DNA from: a virus
Direction: 5' to 3' (one strand)
Virus record (IMG/VR): IMGVR_UViG_3300035670_000014
Location: 1-64,000 of that record
Length of the DNA stretch: 64,000 nucleotides
Part shown: positions 8,608 through 19,508 of the stretch, piece after piece
How the letters are laid out: every line of letters starts with the position of its first letter
Numbering within the stretch: the first letter of the stretch is position 1
Made by a program: the position numbers and the translations under genes
Notes under the pieces: generated by a model
The model's input: only the letters and a program-made list of their open reading frames with translations
What the model was told of the DNA's origin: nothing
The model's database searches: none

Positions 8608-11600
8608 ATGATTCAGGACCCTGTAACTGGGCAGACCGTACCTTTTAGCTTTGGCTTTGATGCTCCCGCAGAAAAAGTCTCATTCGGTCGAGTTCAGTCA
8701 CAGTTTGTGCCTGATGAAGGAGAATCGGGGGAAATAAATCCTACAGCCGAAAGGGCAATGTCCTTGGGTGTAGGGGCAGCTGTTTTATACTATGGCGCTC
8801 CTAGAGCTTTGGATGAATTTGTAAAGTTTAGTAAGATTAAGTCGCTTGAAGACTATGACTTGCCTGGAGAGCAAGCCATAGATAAAATTAGAAGAACTTC
8901 TGGAAGCTCAGCAAATAAAGCTCTAGATGCAATGCTTGGGCCTGAGCCTCAGGGATTTGATCCAGCCGACTTACAAGATCCAGCGAAAAGACTTAGTGCA
9001 ATAAATGCCTTCAAGGCTCAGAAGAAATACTCAGCTGAGGTTATGTTTAACCTTAAAAAAGCAGAGCTAGAAGAAAGACTAAGACTAGAGCCATTCAAGA
9101 GTACTGCAGAGGATTCTATTGGTAGGAAAGCCTTTGAGTTCGCAAGAAGAGTTGAAACATTTAATGCTGCTGGAGACTTTCTATCTCCTATATTTAGAAT
9201 ATTTGCAAAGGCTCTTGGTGCTGGTAATATTCTTTCTTATTACTCTAAGACGGGTGAGCAAGCTACAACTGCCTTTAACGTATCAGCAAGTCAAGTAGGC
9301 TCAGATGTAAGAGGTGCCTGGAGGACATTTCTTGAGTCTGATATATTTAATGCTTCACTCCCTGGTGAAGCGACAGATACAATTGAAGCTCGAAAAGCAA
9401 GGCTATCTAAAGCTTTTGAGCAAGCTGACTATCTTGTTGTAAAGGGAGGCAACCTCTATAGAGGTAGGGCTGTCGTAAGAGATAGAAAGAAAGTAATTGA
9501 AGCAATAAATGAAGATCCACTACTTAAAGGAGTGAACTTAATTAGTGGAACAGGAAAAGAAAGAGTAGGAATATTAACTGAAATTGATTCTTCTTTTGGT
9601 GATAGATTAGGCCCTACAAGAAGAATAAGAGGAGAGTTAATTGGAGCAAGTGAAGGATTTCTATTTCTTCCAAAGAATATACAAGGTCCATTTACTGATC
9701 CAAGATTAAATCAATCACTATTCCTTGCAAAGGGATGGATGTCCTCTTCTCTTCAGAGAACAGCAGGACTAATGGAAGAGCTTGCCACTGAAGGCAAAAA
9801 CTTTCTTAAAGATACAGTTGGATATTTAACTACAAATAAAAATACAGGCAAAGTATCGGCTATAGCAAGAGCGTTTGGGATACTTCCAGACTTCCACCTA
9901 AAGACCTCTGCTGGTATGCTGGGTACATACATGGGCTTCGCAATGAAGACCTATGCTGGCCTTGCCATAGCTAACCAGAGTCAGTTCTGGCAACAGAATG
10001 GAGGGTTCCTTGGCTGGATGGCTGGTGGTGCAATAAACACTGGCATTGGCGCCTATATTGGCTCTAAACTCGCCACAGCACTAAAAGTAGACTCAGGTAG
10101 GGGTAGGCTTATAGGCGCGGCTATAGGGGCAACCTCGTTCATTCCAGGCAGTCCTTTTAATGATGGTGTTATTGGTGGTGGAGCAAGGATATTTGGAGGA
10201 ATAAATCGCCTAAGGTCAACCATAGGCGAAGCTACCTTGATGAATAGCTGGAGAAGAACTCTAGAAAAAATAGCTCCTGGTTCTACTGATTTTACCAGTG
10301 CTATGTTTTTTGGCTTAGCTGGATCACTTGCACTTACAGCAGGTTACAGAAAGTTTTCAGGAAAAACTTTTATATCCAAGTCAGATAGAATTGCTTATCT
10401 GAAAGCTTTTGATTTCGACAAGATTGAAGACCTTGTTGATCCCAGGCTTGGAGAAACTCTAGATCAACCTGGTGGTAACCTTAAAGTTGCTCAAGATTTA
10501 AGAAGAACTCTTCCATTCCAGCAAATGGATGCTGGAAAAAAAGAAAAGATATTTCAAGAAATAAAAACATATGTAGAGGATGCAAGGCAGGATCCTGCAA
10601 GGTGGGTAAAGTTACAGAATGACTTTGCCATGGTTGAAGACACCTATTCTGCTAAATCAATCTCGCTAGCAGAAATGCTAGAAGAACAATCATATGAAAA
10701 AGCTAGAGCTAAATTACAGAATCCAAAACTGGGACTAGCAAAGCGTATAGAAACAATGGCACTTGAATTACCTCTCGCAAGAGGTGTAATTTATGGTGCT
10801 ATTGCTATGACTGCTATTTATGCAGGACTTACTGGTCAGCTAGGTACAAAAGAAACTCCTACAGAAATTGGGCAATATAATCGCGGAGAAAAGTTAGAAG
10901 TAGTAAGAAGAGCCCAAAACTGGGAAGGTGGCTCTGAAGCCTATGAAGGTGCTGAGCCGCTATATCACAGGCCTACATTTATTGCAAGATTAATTAGTGG
11001 AACAATGTCTTCTGGTTCCTCTAATAGGGGTATGGTTGAAGAGTTCTTACTTAAGAACTTCACATATGAACTAGAAAGAGAAAGTTACTATACTAAGCCT
11101 GCGCCAATTACTTCTGCTGCCTTTGATACATTGCCAATGGTTTACCTGGCAATAAAGCCGCTAGCAGATTTAATTAAAAGACCAAAGTTGATGCATGAAG
11201 AAATGTGGCATCAAGATGGTCAGTATTTGGAAATATCAGAAGGACTAGATCCATTGCCTAATATGGGAATGGGTGGCGAAGGTATGGCTGCCCCAGTCAG
11301 CCCATACTCATATAGTAGGGTAATCTCTAAGGTAGTTAATCAAGCTCAAGCTTTTGCAGGTATTAGAGGCTTCTATACAAAAGAAGCAACAAAGTTTATT
11401 GGAGGATTTACTGGCATTGCAGACCAGAGAAAAGAACTAGAGTCATACAGTGAAAACGTAGATATGACATCCAGGTTCTATGATCTTCATACAGGTGGTG
11501 GCTTTATGGGCGTGCCGTTTGTATCTGAAATCATAAGAAGATTCATGGTCAAAAATAATGCTGGTACTTATAATCCAATTCCTAATGAGCTTCCCAGTTG

Positions 11601-13449
11601 GCTTCCAGAATCTATGAGGTATGGAAATCCCTATACTTCACTAGCACATGGAGGAGCTGAATATAGAATGCCAGGTGAAGGCTATGCCTCTCTGAATCCT
11701 GAAATGAAAGGAGTAGACCCAGAAAACTACTCTACTGCTCATAGGTTCAAGATACTAGGTAATATAGCTCCTTGGTCAAATGAATACAGAGACACAAGAG
11801 ATCAAATAGAATCTGAAATATCAAGAGGTATGATCTCAAAAGAAGGTTATAGAGATTACTATAATACTCTTCAAGATATTAAAGATAGGCAAAAGAAGCT
11901 TGCTTTTAATCCTTACCTTTATGATCCTAGTAATTATGACAGCATCATAGGTAGGGTAAAAAACTTAGATGCTGACAATCTTGCATTTGAACTAGAAGGT
12001 GTAACTGGAAAGTTTACACTGGCAGGTGTAACTAATAATGCTGGTGACTTGGTTGGTCAGCTTAACCTTGAAATACATGAAGCTGCAAAAGTCAGAAAGC
12101 AGAATGCTTCCGAGTTTCAGAAGCTAATTGAAAAAGGTGAGTTTGTAAAAGTAACAATGCCTAAGTCAATTGGCCATGCGGTTAATGAAAGGGGCCATAT
12201 AATGGCGGCTGTAAGTAAACCTCTTACTCAGCTTAGTTATAATGCAGCCTTAGCGAGAAATGCCAATGTAGCAACTGAAGATTCAGTTATTGGTCAATAT
12301 GCAATGGGAGGTTTTGCAGGGAAGACTGCAGGTAGGGCGTATCAGGCATTTACTCATACTGCTACATCTTTAACTGCACCAGTAGAATTCATATCTAAGT
12401 TCGGCTTTTCTCCAGGCATGAAGCTTATGCCTGAAAGAACAGCAAGAGAAGAGTATGAACAGTTTAACCTGTACGGTACAAGAGTTAGACTTTGGCAAAA
12501 TCCTTTGACTCACTGGTTTGGTTCTTCAGCTAAGTCGTTCGCACATAATGTAGTTGGTTTAGACTTTGTAAGCCCTGGTGTACAGAAGCAAAGAGATGTA
12601 GAAGAATACTTTGATAAAGCTAAATATGTAAAGTACAAGAGTGCAGAAAGAGCAGCCAATGCAGCAGGCAATGATGAAATGGCTATTGCTTATAAGTCAA
12701 TGGCGAGAGACACAATGATAGGGGGCTCTGGGTTTGTAGGAGATACAAGATTTAGAAACTTGATGAAAGGAAATGAAGGAGCCTATGCTTTAGGCATGGC
12801 GGCAGAAATAAACCCTTATGAGCAAAATAAAATCCTGTCTGTCCTACCAGAACATAAAAGAAGAATAATGGCTGGCAAGTATGGCCAGCAAGACCAGGCA
12901 GCAATTAATAGAATGCTACAGGCTTCACCAATAAGTGAAGCTGGTATGGACTATTTAGATAAGCTAAATAATCTACAGAGATCAGATGGCTACCTAATGG
13001 AAACCTCTTCAGTCGAAGCATACAATATGCAGAAGCAGGAAAATGAAGAGTACTCTGATTTTAGAAGAAGAAAAGAACTAGAAGAATACTATAGAAAGAA
13101 TAATAGGCCCAAAGCAGACTGGGCAGGTTTTAATCCGAATGTAGACCTTGAAGATGTCAAGTTAAGGTACTTACAGAACGAAGGTTTGGATTATCATAAC
13201 TTCTCGATCTTTGAATCTAGAAACGAATATCTCCATAGGAAGCCCTACATAACAAGCCATGACATTACTCAAGTAGGTATAGGCTATACGAACCTTAACA
13301 TGGCAATTAACAGTTTAAATCAAGTAAGACAAATGATGGCAGCTCCCGTAAGCGGAACTACATTTGTTGGTAACTCTGAATCAAGAAGTAGTAACTTTAT
13401 ACAGTTAACACTAGAGCAAGACCGATTCTATAGAATGGAAGGAATGTAA
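8608..13449 (+). CDS. Tape-measure-like / ejection protein with membrane segments and degenerate SNase-like domain
   Basis: 1613 aa after the chaperones; several Gly/Ala-rich hydrophobic stretches; SNase-like pattern at about 11944-12275. Confidence 0.6.
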   Translation: MIQDPVTGQTVPFSFGFDAPAEKVSFGRVQSQFVPDEGESGEINPTAERAMSLGVGAAVLYYGAPRALDEFVKFSKIKSLEDYDLPGEQAIDKIRRTSGSSANKALDAMLGPEPQGFDPADLQDPAKRLSAINAFKAQKKYSAEVMFNLKKAELEERLRLEPFKSTAEDSIGRKAFEFARRVETFNAAGDFLSPIFRIFAKALGAGNILSYYSKTGEQATTAFNVSASQVGSDVRGAWRTFLESDIFNASLPGEATDTIEARKARLSKAFEQADYLVVKGGNLYRGRAVVRDRKKVIEAINEDPLLKGVNLISGTGKERVGILTEIDSSFGDRLGPTRRIRGELIGASEGFLFLPKNIQGPFTDPRLNQSLFLAKGWMSSSLQRTAGLMEELATEGKNFLKDTVGYLTTNKNTGKVSAIARAFGILPDFHLKTSAGMLGTYMGFAMKTYAGLAIANQSQFWQQNGGFLGWMAGGAINTGIGAYIGSKLATALKVDSGRGRLIGAAIGATSFIPGSPFNDGVIGGGARIFGGINRLRSTIGEATLMNSWRRTLEKIAPGSTDFTSAMFFGLAGSLALTAGYRKFSGKTFISKSDRIAYLKAFDFDKIEDLVDPRLGETLDQPGGNLKVAQDLRRTLPFQQMDAGKKEKIFQEIKTYVEDARQDPARWVKLQNDFAMVEDTYSAKSISLAEMLEEQSYEKARAKLQNPKLGLAKRIETMALELPLARGVIYGAIAMTAIYAGLTGQLGTKETPTEIGQYNRGEKLEVVRRAQNWEGGSEAYEGAEPLYHRPTFIARLISGTMSSGSSNRGMVEEFLLKNFTYELERESYYTKPAPITSAAFDTLPMVYLAIKPLADLIKRPKLMHEEMWHQDGQYLEISEGLDPLPNMGMGGEGMAAPVSPYSYSRVISKVVNQAQAFAGIRGFYTKEATKFIGGFTGIADQRKELESYSENVDMTSRFYDLHTGGGFMGVPFVSEIIRRFMVKNNAGTYNPIPNELPSWLPESMRYGNPYTSLAHGGAEYRMPGEGYASLNPEMKGVDPENYSTAHRFKILGNIAPWSNEYRDTRDQIESEISRGMISKEGYRDYYNTLQDIKDRQKKLAFNPYLYDPSNYDSIIGRVKNLDADNLAFELEGVTGKFTLAGVTNNAGDLVGQLNLEIHEAAKVRKQNASEFQKLIEKGEFVKVTMPKSIGHAVNERGHIMAAVSKPLTQLSYNAALARNANVATEDSVIGQYAMGGFAGKTAGRAYQAFTHTATSLTAPVEFISKFGFSPGMKLMPERTAREEYEQFNLYGTRVRLWQNPLTHWFGSSAKSFAHNVVGLDFVSPGVQKQRDVEEYFDKAKYVKYKSAERAANAAGNDEMAIAYKSMARDTMIGGSGFVGDTRFRNLMKGNEGAYALGMAAEINPYEQNKILSVLPEHKRRIMAGKYGQQDQAAINRMLQASPISEAGMDYLDKLNNLQRSDGYLMETSSVEAYNMQKQENEEYSDFRRRKELEEYYRKNNRPKADWAGFNPNVDLEDVKLRYLQNEGLDYHNFSIFESRNEYLHRKPYITSHDITQVGIGYTNLNMAINSLNQVRQMMAAPVSGTTFVGNSESRSSNFIQLTLEQDRFYRMEGM

Positions 13450-16400
13450 TGGAACGTAGATTTGAATTCCAGGATTTGGCTGCACTTGGTGCCATTGGTG
13501 TAGGTCTTGCCGTAGGTATAAGAAGTGCCAAGAGCGCAGGCGTTACCACAGATGATATAGTTAGAGCTTACTCTAATGTAACACCAATTAGAGATGCGAC
13601 TCCAATTCCAGTTCTGCAAAAAACTCAAATGAGCCAGCAGAATGTTCTAAGTAGAATTGCAAATGCTGTCGAAATAAGAGAAAAGTTTAATGCTCAAAAA
13701 GTAGACAGAATTATAAGTGGAATGGCAACTGCACCTCTTAGTGCAAATGAGTTAAATGCAGCAAAATTTGGATTACTAGAGTACGCTACGAGTCCTCAAG
13801 TTGATCCTCAACTTAGAAGTCAGCTACTAGGAGGTCAAGATATTGGGACCTTTGCAACTGATATATTCAACATGAATGAGCCTCAAGTTAGAGCAGAGGT
13901 AACTAGGGCATCAAGTATTAGTGCATTAAAAGAGCAGAAAAGAAATCTTAAAAATATCATTGGAAACAAGTCAAGGTCTGCTTCAAGATTTAAAAATAAT
14001 CTTGCCACTGTAGCTAGGGTATTTGATGTTAAAGAAGCTAGAGCAAAAGTAAAAAATCCAACAAATCCATCAAAAAGAGTATTTAATTCAATGACATCAA
14101 ACATGTCATATAGTGCAGTATTGAATAAAAATGTAAGAAGGTATCCATTAAAAGATAAAATAAATGTTTTAGGAACTGACTTTAGTAGAACCTTTGATTT
14201 TAAAGGTGGAGCTGAAGGCCCATGGAAGCAAGTAGAAAATGCACTAGAAGGGTTAAATTTAAAAAATAGCATAAACAACAAAGTAAGAGATGAAGTAGTA
14301 GAAAAGTTTAGAAAAACTCAAGACTATCTAACTCAATTAGAAGGTAAAGGAATCATCCCTAATAGAAGTAATCTAAGTATTACGGTTATGGGAATGAAGG
14401 GGATGGATAGTCCTGCTATTTATTTGAATGTTCCATTTGGCGATTCAATGGACCAAGCAAGAGGTAGAGTTGGTTTTCAGATTCCTTTAAATAGACCTAA
14501 TTATATAAGCCAAAGAGGAACCTCAACCCCTGTTTATTTTTCTACAGCAGAACCTAGAAATCCCGTTGCATTAAATGCAATGACAATGAGAGCGGGCTCT
14601 ATTAATGAGATAGGAGAAATACAAGGTGGTAATAGATTATTAAATACTATTGATGCTGTATTCTTTGGAGGGGCAGATAATGTTGATGTAAAAAATATAC
14701 CTTTCTATGAATCAATAATAACCTCTAAAAAATCACTACTTCCGATAGATAATAGTGATCCAATTTTAAATGAAGCAGCAGCGAGACAGAAAGGAGTCGG
14801 AGTAGAAGATGTTACAGGTAGACTGAAAGAAGGTAATATATTTACCGTCAATCCCTTAGACTCACTATTTGGAACAGGAGATGATAAAGCTAAATATGGC
14901 CAGTCAGTTATTGGATCAATTGATGATGCAGCTAAATCTCAGTTAATGGTTCAAAGAGGAAGAATGATTGGAATAAGTGGATTATCTGAACTTCTAGATA
15001 CTTCACAATTTACATCTAAAGATATATTTGATGATATACACCGTCAACTGAATAATACTATTTCTAGCTATGGGGGTAGATACTCAATCTTGAGAGTTAA
15101 TGCTTCAAGTGTTTCCCCTGGTCAGGTAGGTATAGAAAGAGGAGGGATAAGTGCTGTTTCATTTAACTTAACCAATCCTGAGGCGGTAGGTCTTACTCAG
15201 GATCAGTTAAAAGAAGTTGTTGAAGGTAGAGGCGGAAGATTAGGTAAGCTGGCTGATTTAAATCAAGCTGAAAGAGAAGACCTTGCTAAAAGTCTTGGAG
15301 TTGGAACAGAGGAGCTAGAAGATATCGCCAGAGCAGAAGGAGGAGGAGTAGGCAGAGCAAGCAAACTTGTTAGGTTAAAAATAGCTAAAATGGGAGAGGG
15401 TGCAGCAACTATACTTGATGAGTATACACACTTTGGTCTTTTAGAGGGAACAGCTGATCCTACTGGATTTAATCAAGGAAGAAGACCATCCCAGCCTCTA
15501 GTTGATGTATTTGAACCAACTCAATCATCACTAAATGAGATGAGTGAAAGTCGCTACAGTTTAACTGATGAAACAGGGAATAAGTATACTTTATTTTCTC
15601 CCTTGGAAGAGATAGGAGTATCAAGGTCAGAAATGCCCTCAGATGTAAGAAAGACAAGAATAAATAGGAGATATTTATTCATGCATCCAGAAGCAGAGAG
15701 AGACATCACTGGTGGAGTGGTTTCAAGAGCTAAATCAAGCTTTCAAGAAGGTATAAGTGTTGCTGTCACCGATAAAGTTAATCCTGAGTTTTATGGGCAA
15801 TCTGTAAAATCAAGAGTTTTTCTAGGAGAAAGTAAAACTATATTAAGCGAAAGAATGGAGAAATTAACATCAGCACTACTCTCACTGTCAGAAGATGACA
15901 GGAAAGATAGTACGATTAGAAAAGAAACAATCAGAAAAGCTCTATTTGAAGGAGATCTTGGAAATCTAAAAGCTCCTAGACCTATCTTTGAAAGGGGAGA
16001 GTTTCTAGGTCTTAAGATGGATGCTAGAAGTGGTTTAGATTTATCTGGAGTAGATTTTGGTGGAATGCCTGAGTATGCACTAGAAGATGCATATATAGAT
16101 GGTAATACATTAGACTTAGAATTTAAGCCAATTATAAGATCACAACAAGCATCTAAAGTTATGCTCTCAAGTAAGACAACTCAGGTAGCTATGGGGTCTG
16201 ATGAGTTAGCAGATGTATTAAGACTAGGACAAGAAGATGAAGATATATCAAGATTACTTAGCCGCAGGCGTATAGATGCAGTTGCTGATGCTACTGAAAT
16301 TGCAAGAAAAGGAAACTTAAATGCAATTAGATCACAGCAGCTTAGCGGGCTTATGGAAGTAATGACAGATTTATTTGAAGCAAGTCAGTCCGCAACATTA

Positions 16401-19400
16401 ACACCAAAAGGGATTGAAGCATCAGGTAGATTTGGTAATTTTATTAGAGGCGTAAAGGGGTCCATAGATGCACTAAATAATGCAATGACAGGAACCTCAA
16501 AAGGTCAAAATGTTTATAACTATAAGTTTTCAAGATTTAATGAAAATGTTAATAAAGCAAAAGAAATATTAGAAACAAGAAAGGCTAATTTTGGTCAAGA
16601 TAAAACCCTGCGTCCAGTTGCTGAAGCTTTAGATGAGATGCTTAATAGTCCAAGATCAACATCGGCCTTGTTAGATATAATAGGAATCTTTGGAGCAGCA
16701 ACAGGCAGAGGTAAGAACGTACTTGATGAAGATGTATTTGGAATATTTGGACTAGAAAAAGTTAAGGCAAAAGGTGGTTCTCTAATAGCAGGTCTAGAAT
16801 CAGTCCAATCAAAAGGAAAGTACCATGCAGGAATACTTGGTGTAATGGCAGATAAGGAAGCTAGAGATTTAACATTAGATGTTTTAGGTGAGCTGACAAA
16901 AGATGAAAAAGGAAATAGCCTTTTTCAAGCAGGGTTTTTAGATGAAACATTAGAAAGAATTGGTATCGGATTACAAAATACAGATGTAAATGAGTTCTTT
17001 ATTAGAGGACAAGCTGCTACTACTTTCAGAACGACAGCAGGTATATTTGAAGCTAATCAGGTTTCAATAGAAAGAAGGGCAATTCATTCATTACTGAATG
17101 TAAATCAATTTGTATCAGAAGATGGCAGGATCAACTTTAGAGATCTCTTTGTTGAAGACTTAGTTACTCAGATACAAGGACCTTCAAGAGAAGAAGCAAT
17201 TCTTGCAGGATCTTTACTTGGAAACAATGGGCTGCTTGATTTAGCAAGAGGCAATGAGCCAATCGAAGTTCTCACTAGCACTACTGAACTAGGAGATCAG
17301 GGAAGAAATGTGACATTACCATTCCTGCAGGGACATGTTAAGAGTCCAATTTTATACATGCCTTCTACAGAAGAAAGAGAAATACTACAAAGGAATATCT
17401 TAATTGGAGATAAGACACTTGATAAATCTTACTCTGGAAAAATAGATGAAATAAAAGCAATACTAGGAGGTATGTCACCTGAAGACATGAGTTCATTTGA
17501 TCCTAAGAGTATACATGGGCAGCAGTTAATAAATGCATTTAATGAAGCAAAAGTCATTGGGTTCTCTACTGCAACTGATATTAATGAGAGATTCTTTTCC
17601 GGTGCCATAATTGGAAGTATCTATACACTAGAACAATCAGGACATAAACACTTTGACGACAATCTCAAAGTAGCAGATAACATAATGCTTAAATCCTCAA
17701 CCAAAGGTGGGGGATTAGTGACTGCAGTAAACAAAAGAGAAGCTCAAAGATTACTAGAAGGAGTCAAGAGAGTTGCCAGTAAAGAAGTAGCAGCTCAAAT
17801 ACAAAAAGAACTATTTGAAGACATGACTCCTGTTTTGCAAATAAGCACAAGATTTCCAACTATTACTGGTACACCTAGAATAGCAGGATTAGTTCAATAT
17901 GATCCTGACTTAGATTTTGAAGTTAATGAAAGAGGTAACTTTTATAGAAGTGAAGTAGACGGAAAAGTAAACTATATAGAAGTTGATAATTTTGATAACT
18001 CAATAGAAGTCAATAAAGATAAAGAAGGGAAATTAATAAAGTACAGAGAAGTAGATACAGAAGTAAGAAGGGGCGGCGTAGCAATAGCCGAAGTAACAGA
18101 AGGTGGCAGTAAAAAAGAAGTAATTATAGACTCCTATCTTCTGTCTGGTACTACATCAGACCGTGACGGTGATCAAGCTCTAAGGAATCTATATATAGGT
18201 GGGAATAGACAAGAAATACAAGATTTCCTTATGTCAGAAGATGGGAGAAGGCAAATGTTTGCTTACATTTACAAGCAAACAGAAATGCAAAAACAGTATG
18301 AAGATATGGTAAAGTCTAGTCCTAGGATGCAAAGCTTTGAAGCTGCAGCCAAAGGAACGGGTGAAGTGTTAGATGATTCAGTAAGGGCACTATCTCAACA
18401 TGCAGGACAGGCAGAAATTGGCAAAGTTTCATCTGCTATTACTCAGTTAAAGTTACTATCTGCTTATAGTAAAGAAGCGGCAGTTCAAAGCCTGGGAAGC
18501 GATACAGTAAAAATAAATGCAATAGAAGAATCCTTTGAAAGGTTTATGGGTTTCCTTCAGGGACTGGAGCAGGTTCCTATTTCATTCAAGCACTCTGCTG
18601 CTGGTGAAACTCCCGCTGCAGCATTAACAAATCAGATAATGAACATATTTAGCAATACCGATCAGGTAGAAGCAGAAAAGGCAATGCAAGAATTCCTAAC
18701 TGGATGGATGGGTGGAGATAAAGATCAAGTTGGAAAGATAACATCAGAGTGGATGGATAACTTTATGCGAACGGCTGTAAGTTACTCAGTTGCAAGTGAT
18801 GAAATAAGAAATGCAATAAGTCTATCTACAAAGCATAGTGAAGATATTGCAAAGATGAGTCCTGAGGATTTCCAGCAAAGATACAAAATGGCAATGAATG
18901 TAAGAGGAATGAGTGTAGTAACAGCGACCCATGCTCATGCTGAGCTTGCAGCTGCTGTTCAAGCTGCCTCATTAAAGGGAAATGAGCAGATAGCTGCCTT
19001 AAATAATAGCCTTATAGAAAGAGCAGCTGAAGCTAAAATGAACAGTAAAATAAGCGGAAGCGTAGCGGAGCAAGCAAGAAGTGCAGTGTTAAATGAAAAA
19101 GGTAAAGCTTTTTCAAAGATTGCTAAGCCAGTTGGAGCTGGCCTTGCAGCTGCAGGCTTAATATATGCAATGTTTGACCAAGGCCATTCAGCAGATAACC
19201 TTGAAGAGCCAGAAGGTGGAAAAGGCCTTAAGCCTCCAGCTGGGATTAGAATGAACAATCCACAAAGAGATACTAATCTTAATGTTCCCTATGAAGATAG
19301 AGAGATGAGCTATGCACCGAATACAATAGATAGGAGAACAGTTGGTAGTTCAAATACAGGAAGAGTCAATTCCCGAGCCCAAATATCTCAGAATGTTAAT

Positions 19401-19508
19401 GCACTAGAAGTAGCAAGAGCAATGCAGACAACAATACCTCATGCTCAAATTGGTGTTAACCTTCAATATTCTAATAAAATGAATCCAAGACTAGAGCAGG
19501 ATTTGTAA
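13449..19508 (+). CDS. Putative virion-associated single-chain two-barrel (DPBB) RNA polymerase in tape-measure locus
   Basis: SDRDGDQ (D1571/D1573/D1575) preceded by RFP (R1468); K903/K909 pair; later IG and EQVPISFKH; hydrophobic segments at both ends. Confidence 0.72.
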   Translation: MERRFEFQDLAALGAIGVGLAVGIRSAKSAGVTTDDIVRAYSNVTPIRDATPIPVLQKTQMSQQNVLSRIANAVEIREKFNAQKVDRIISGMATAPLSANELNAAKFGLLEYATSPQVDPQLRSQLLGGQDIGTFATDIFNMNEPQVRAEVTRASSISALKEQKRNLKNIIGNKSRSASRFKNNLATVARVFDVKEARAKVKNPTNPSKRVFNSMTSNMSYSAVLNKNVRRYPLKDKINVLGTDFSRTFDFKGGAEGPWKQVENALEGLNLKNSINNKVRDEVVEKFRKTQDYLTQLEGKGIIPNRSNLSITVMGMKGMDSPAIYLNVPFGDSMDQARGRVGFQIPLNRPNYISQRGTSTPVYFSTAEPRNPVALNAMTMRAGSINEIGEIQGGNRLLNTIDAVFFGGADNVDVKNIPFYESIITSKKSLLPIDNSDPILNEAAARQKGVGVEDVTGRLKEGNIFTVNPLDSLFGTGDDKAKYGQSVIGSIDDAAKSQLMVQRGRMIGISGLSELLDTSQFTSKDIFDDIHRQLNNTISSYGGRYSILRVNASSVSPGQVGIERGGISAVSFNLTNPEAVGLTQDQLKEVVEGRGGRLGKLADLNQAEREDLAKSLGVGTEELEDIARAEGGGVGRASKLVRLKIAKMGEGAATILDEYTHFGLLEGTADPTGFNQGRRPSQPLVDVFEPTQSSLNEMSESRYSLTDETGNKYTLFSPLEEIGVSRSEMPSDVRKTRINRRYLFMHPEAERDITGGVVSRAKSSFQEGISVAVTDKVNPEFYGQSVKSRVFLGESKTILSERMEKLTSALLSLSEDDRKDSTIRKETIRKALFEGDLGNLKAPRPIFERGEFLGLKMDARSGLDLSGVDFGGMPEYALEDAYIDGNTLDLEFKPIIRSQQASKVMLSSKTTQVAMGSDELADVLRLGQEDEDISRLLSRRRIDAVADATEIARKGNLNAIRSQQLSGLMEVMTDLFEASQSATLTPKGIEASGRFGNFIRGVKGSIDALNNAMTGTSKGQNVYNYKFSRFNENVNKAKEILETRKANFGQDKTLRPVAEALDEMLNSPRSTSALLDIIGIFGAATGRGKNVLDEDVFGIFGLEKVKAKGGSLIAGLESVQSKGKYHAGILGVMADKEARDLTLDVLGELTKDEKGNSLFQAGFLDETLERIGIGLQNTDVNEFFIRGQAATTFRTTAGIFEANQVSIERRAIHSLLNVNQFVSEDGRINFRDLFVEDLVTQIQGPSREEAILAGSLLGNNGLLDLARGNEPIEVLTSTTELGDQGRNVTLPFLQGHVKSPILYMPSTEEREILQRNILIGDKTLDKSYSGKIDEIKAILGGMSPEDMSSFDPKSIHGQQLINAFNEAKVIGFSTATDINERFFSGAIIGSIYTLEQSGHKHFDDNLKVADNIMLKSSTKGGGLVTAVNKREAQRLLEGVKRVASKEVAAQIQKELFEDMTPVLQISTRFPTITGTPRIAGLVQYDPDLDFEVNERGNFYRSEVDGKVNYIEVDNFDNSIEVNKDKEGKLIKYREVDTEVRRGGVAIAEVTEGGSKKEVIIDSYLLSGTTSDRDGDQALRNLYIGGNRQEIQDFLMSEDGRRQMFAYIYKQTEMQKQYEDMVKSSPRMQSFEAAAKGTGEVLDDSVRALSQHAGQAEIGKVSSAITQLKLLSAYSKEAAVQSLGSDTVKINAIEESFERFMGFLQGLEQVPISFKHSAAGETPAAALTNQIMNIFSNTDQVEAEKAMQEFLTGWMGGDKDQVGKITSEWMDNFMRTAVSYSVASDEIRNAISLSTKHSEDIAKMSPEDFQQRYKMAMNVRGMSVVTATHAHAELAAAVQAASLKGNEQIAALNNSLIERAAEAKMNSKISGSVAEQARSAVLNEKGKAFSKIAKPVGAGLAAAGLIYAMFDQGHSADNLEEPEGGKGLKPPAGIRMNNPQRDTNLNVPYEDREMSYAPNTIDRRTVGSSNTGRVNSRAQISQNVNALEVARAMQTTIPHAQIGVNLQYSNKMNPRLEQDL

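Noticed and set aside
18159-18176. DRDGD as a calcium-binding DxDxDG loop
   Set aside because: Sixth residue is Q not G, it is single-copy, and an upstream RxP fits an RNAP site better; not formally excluded
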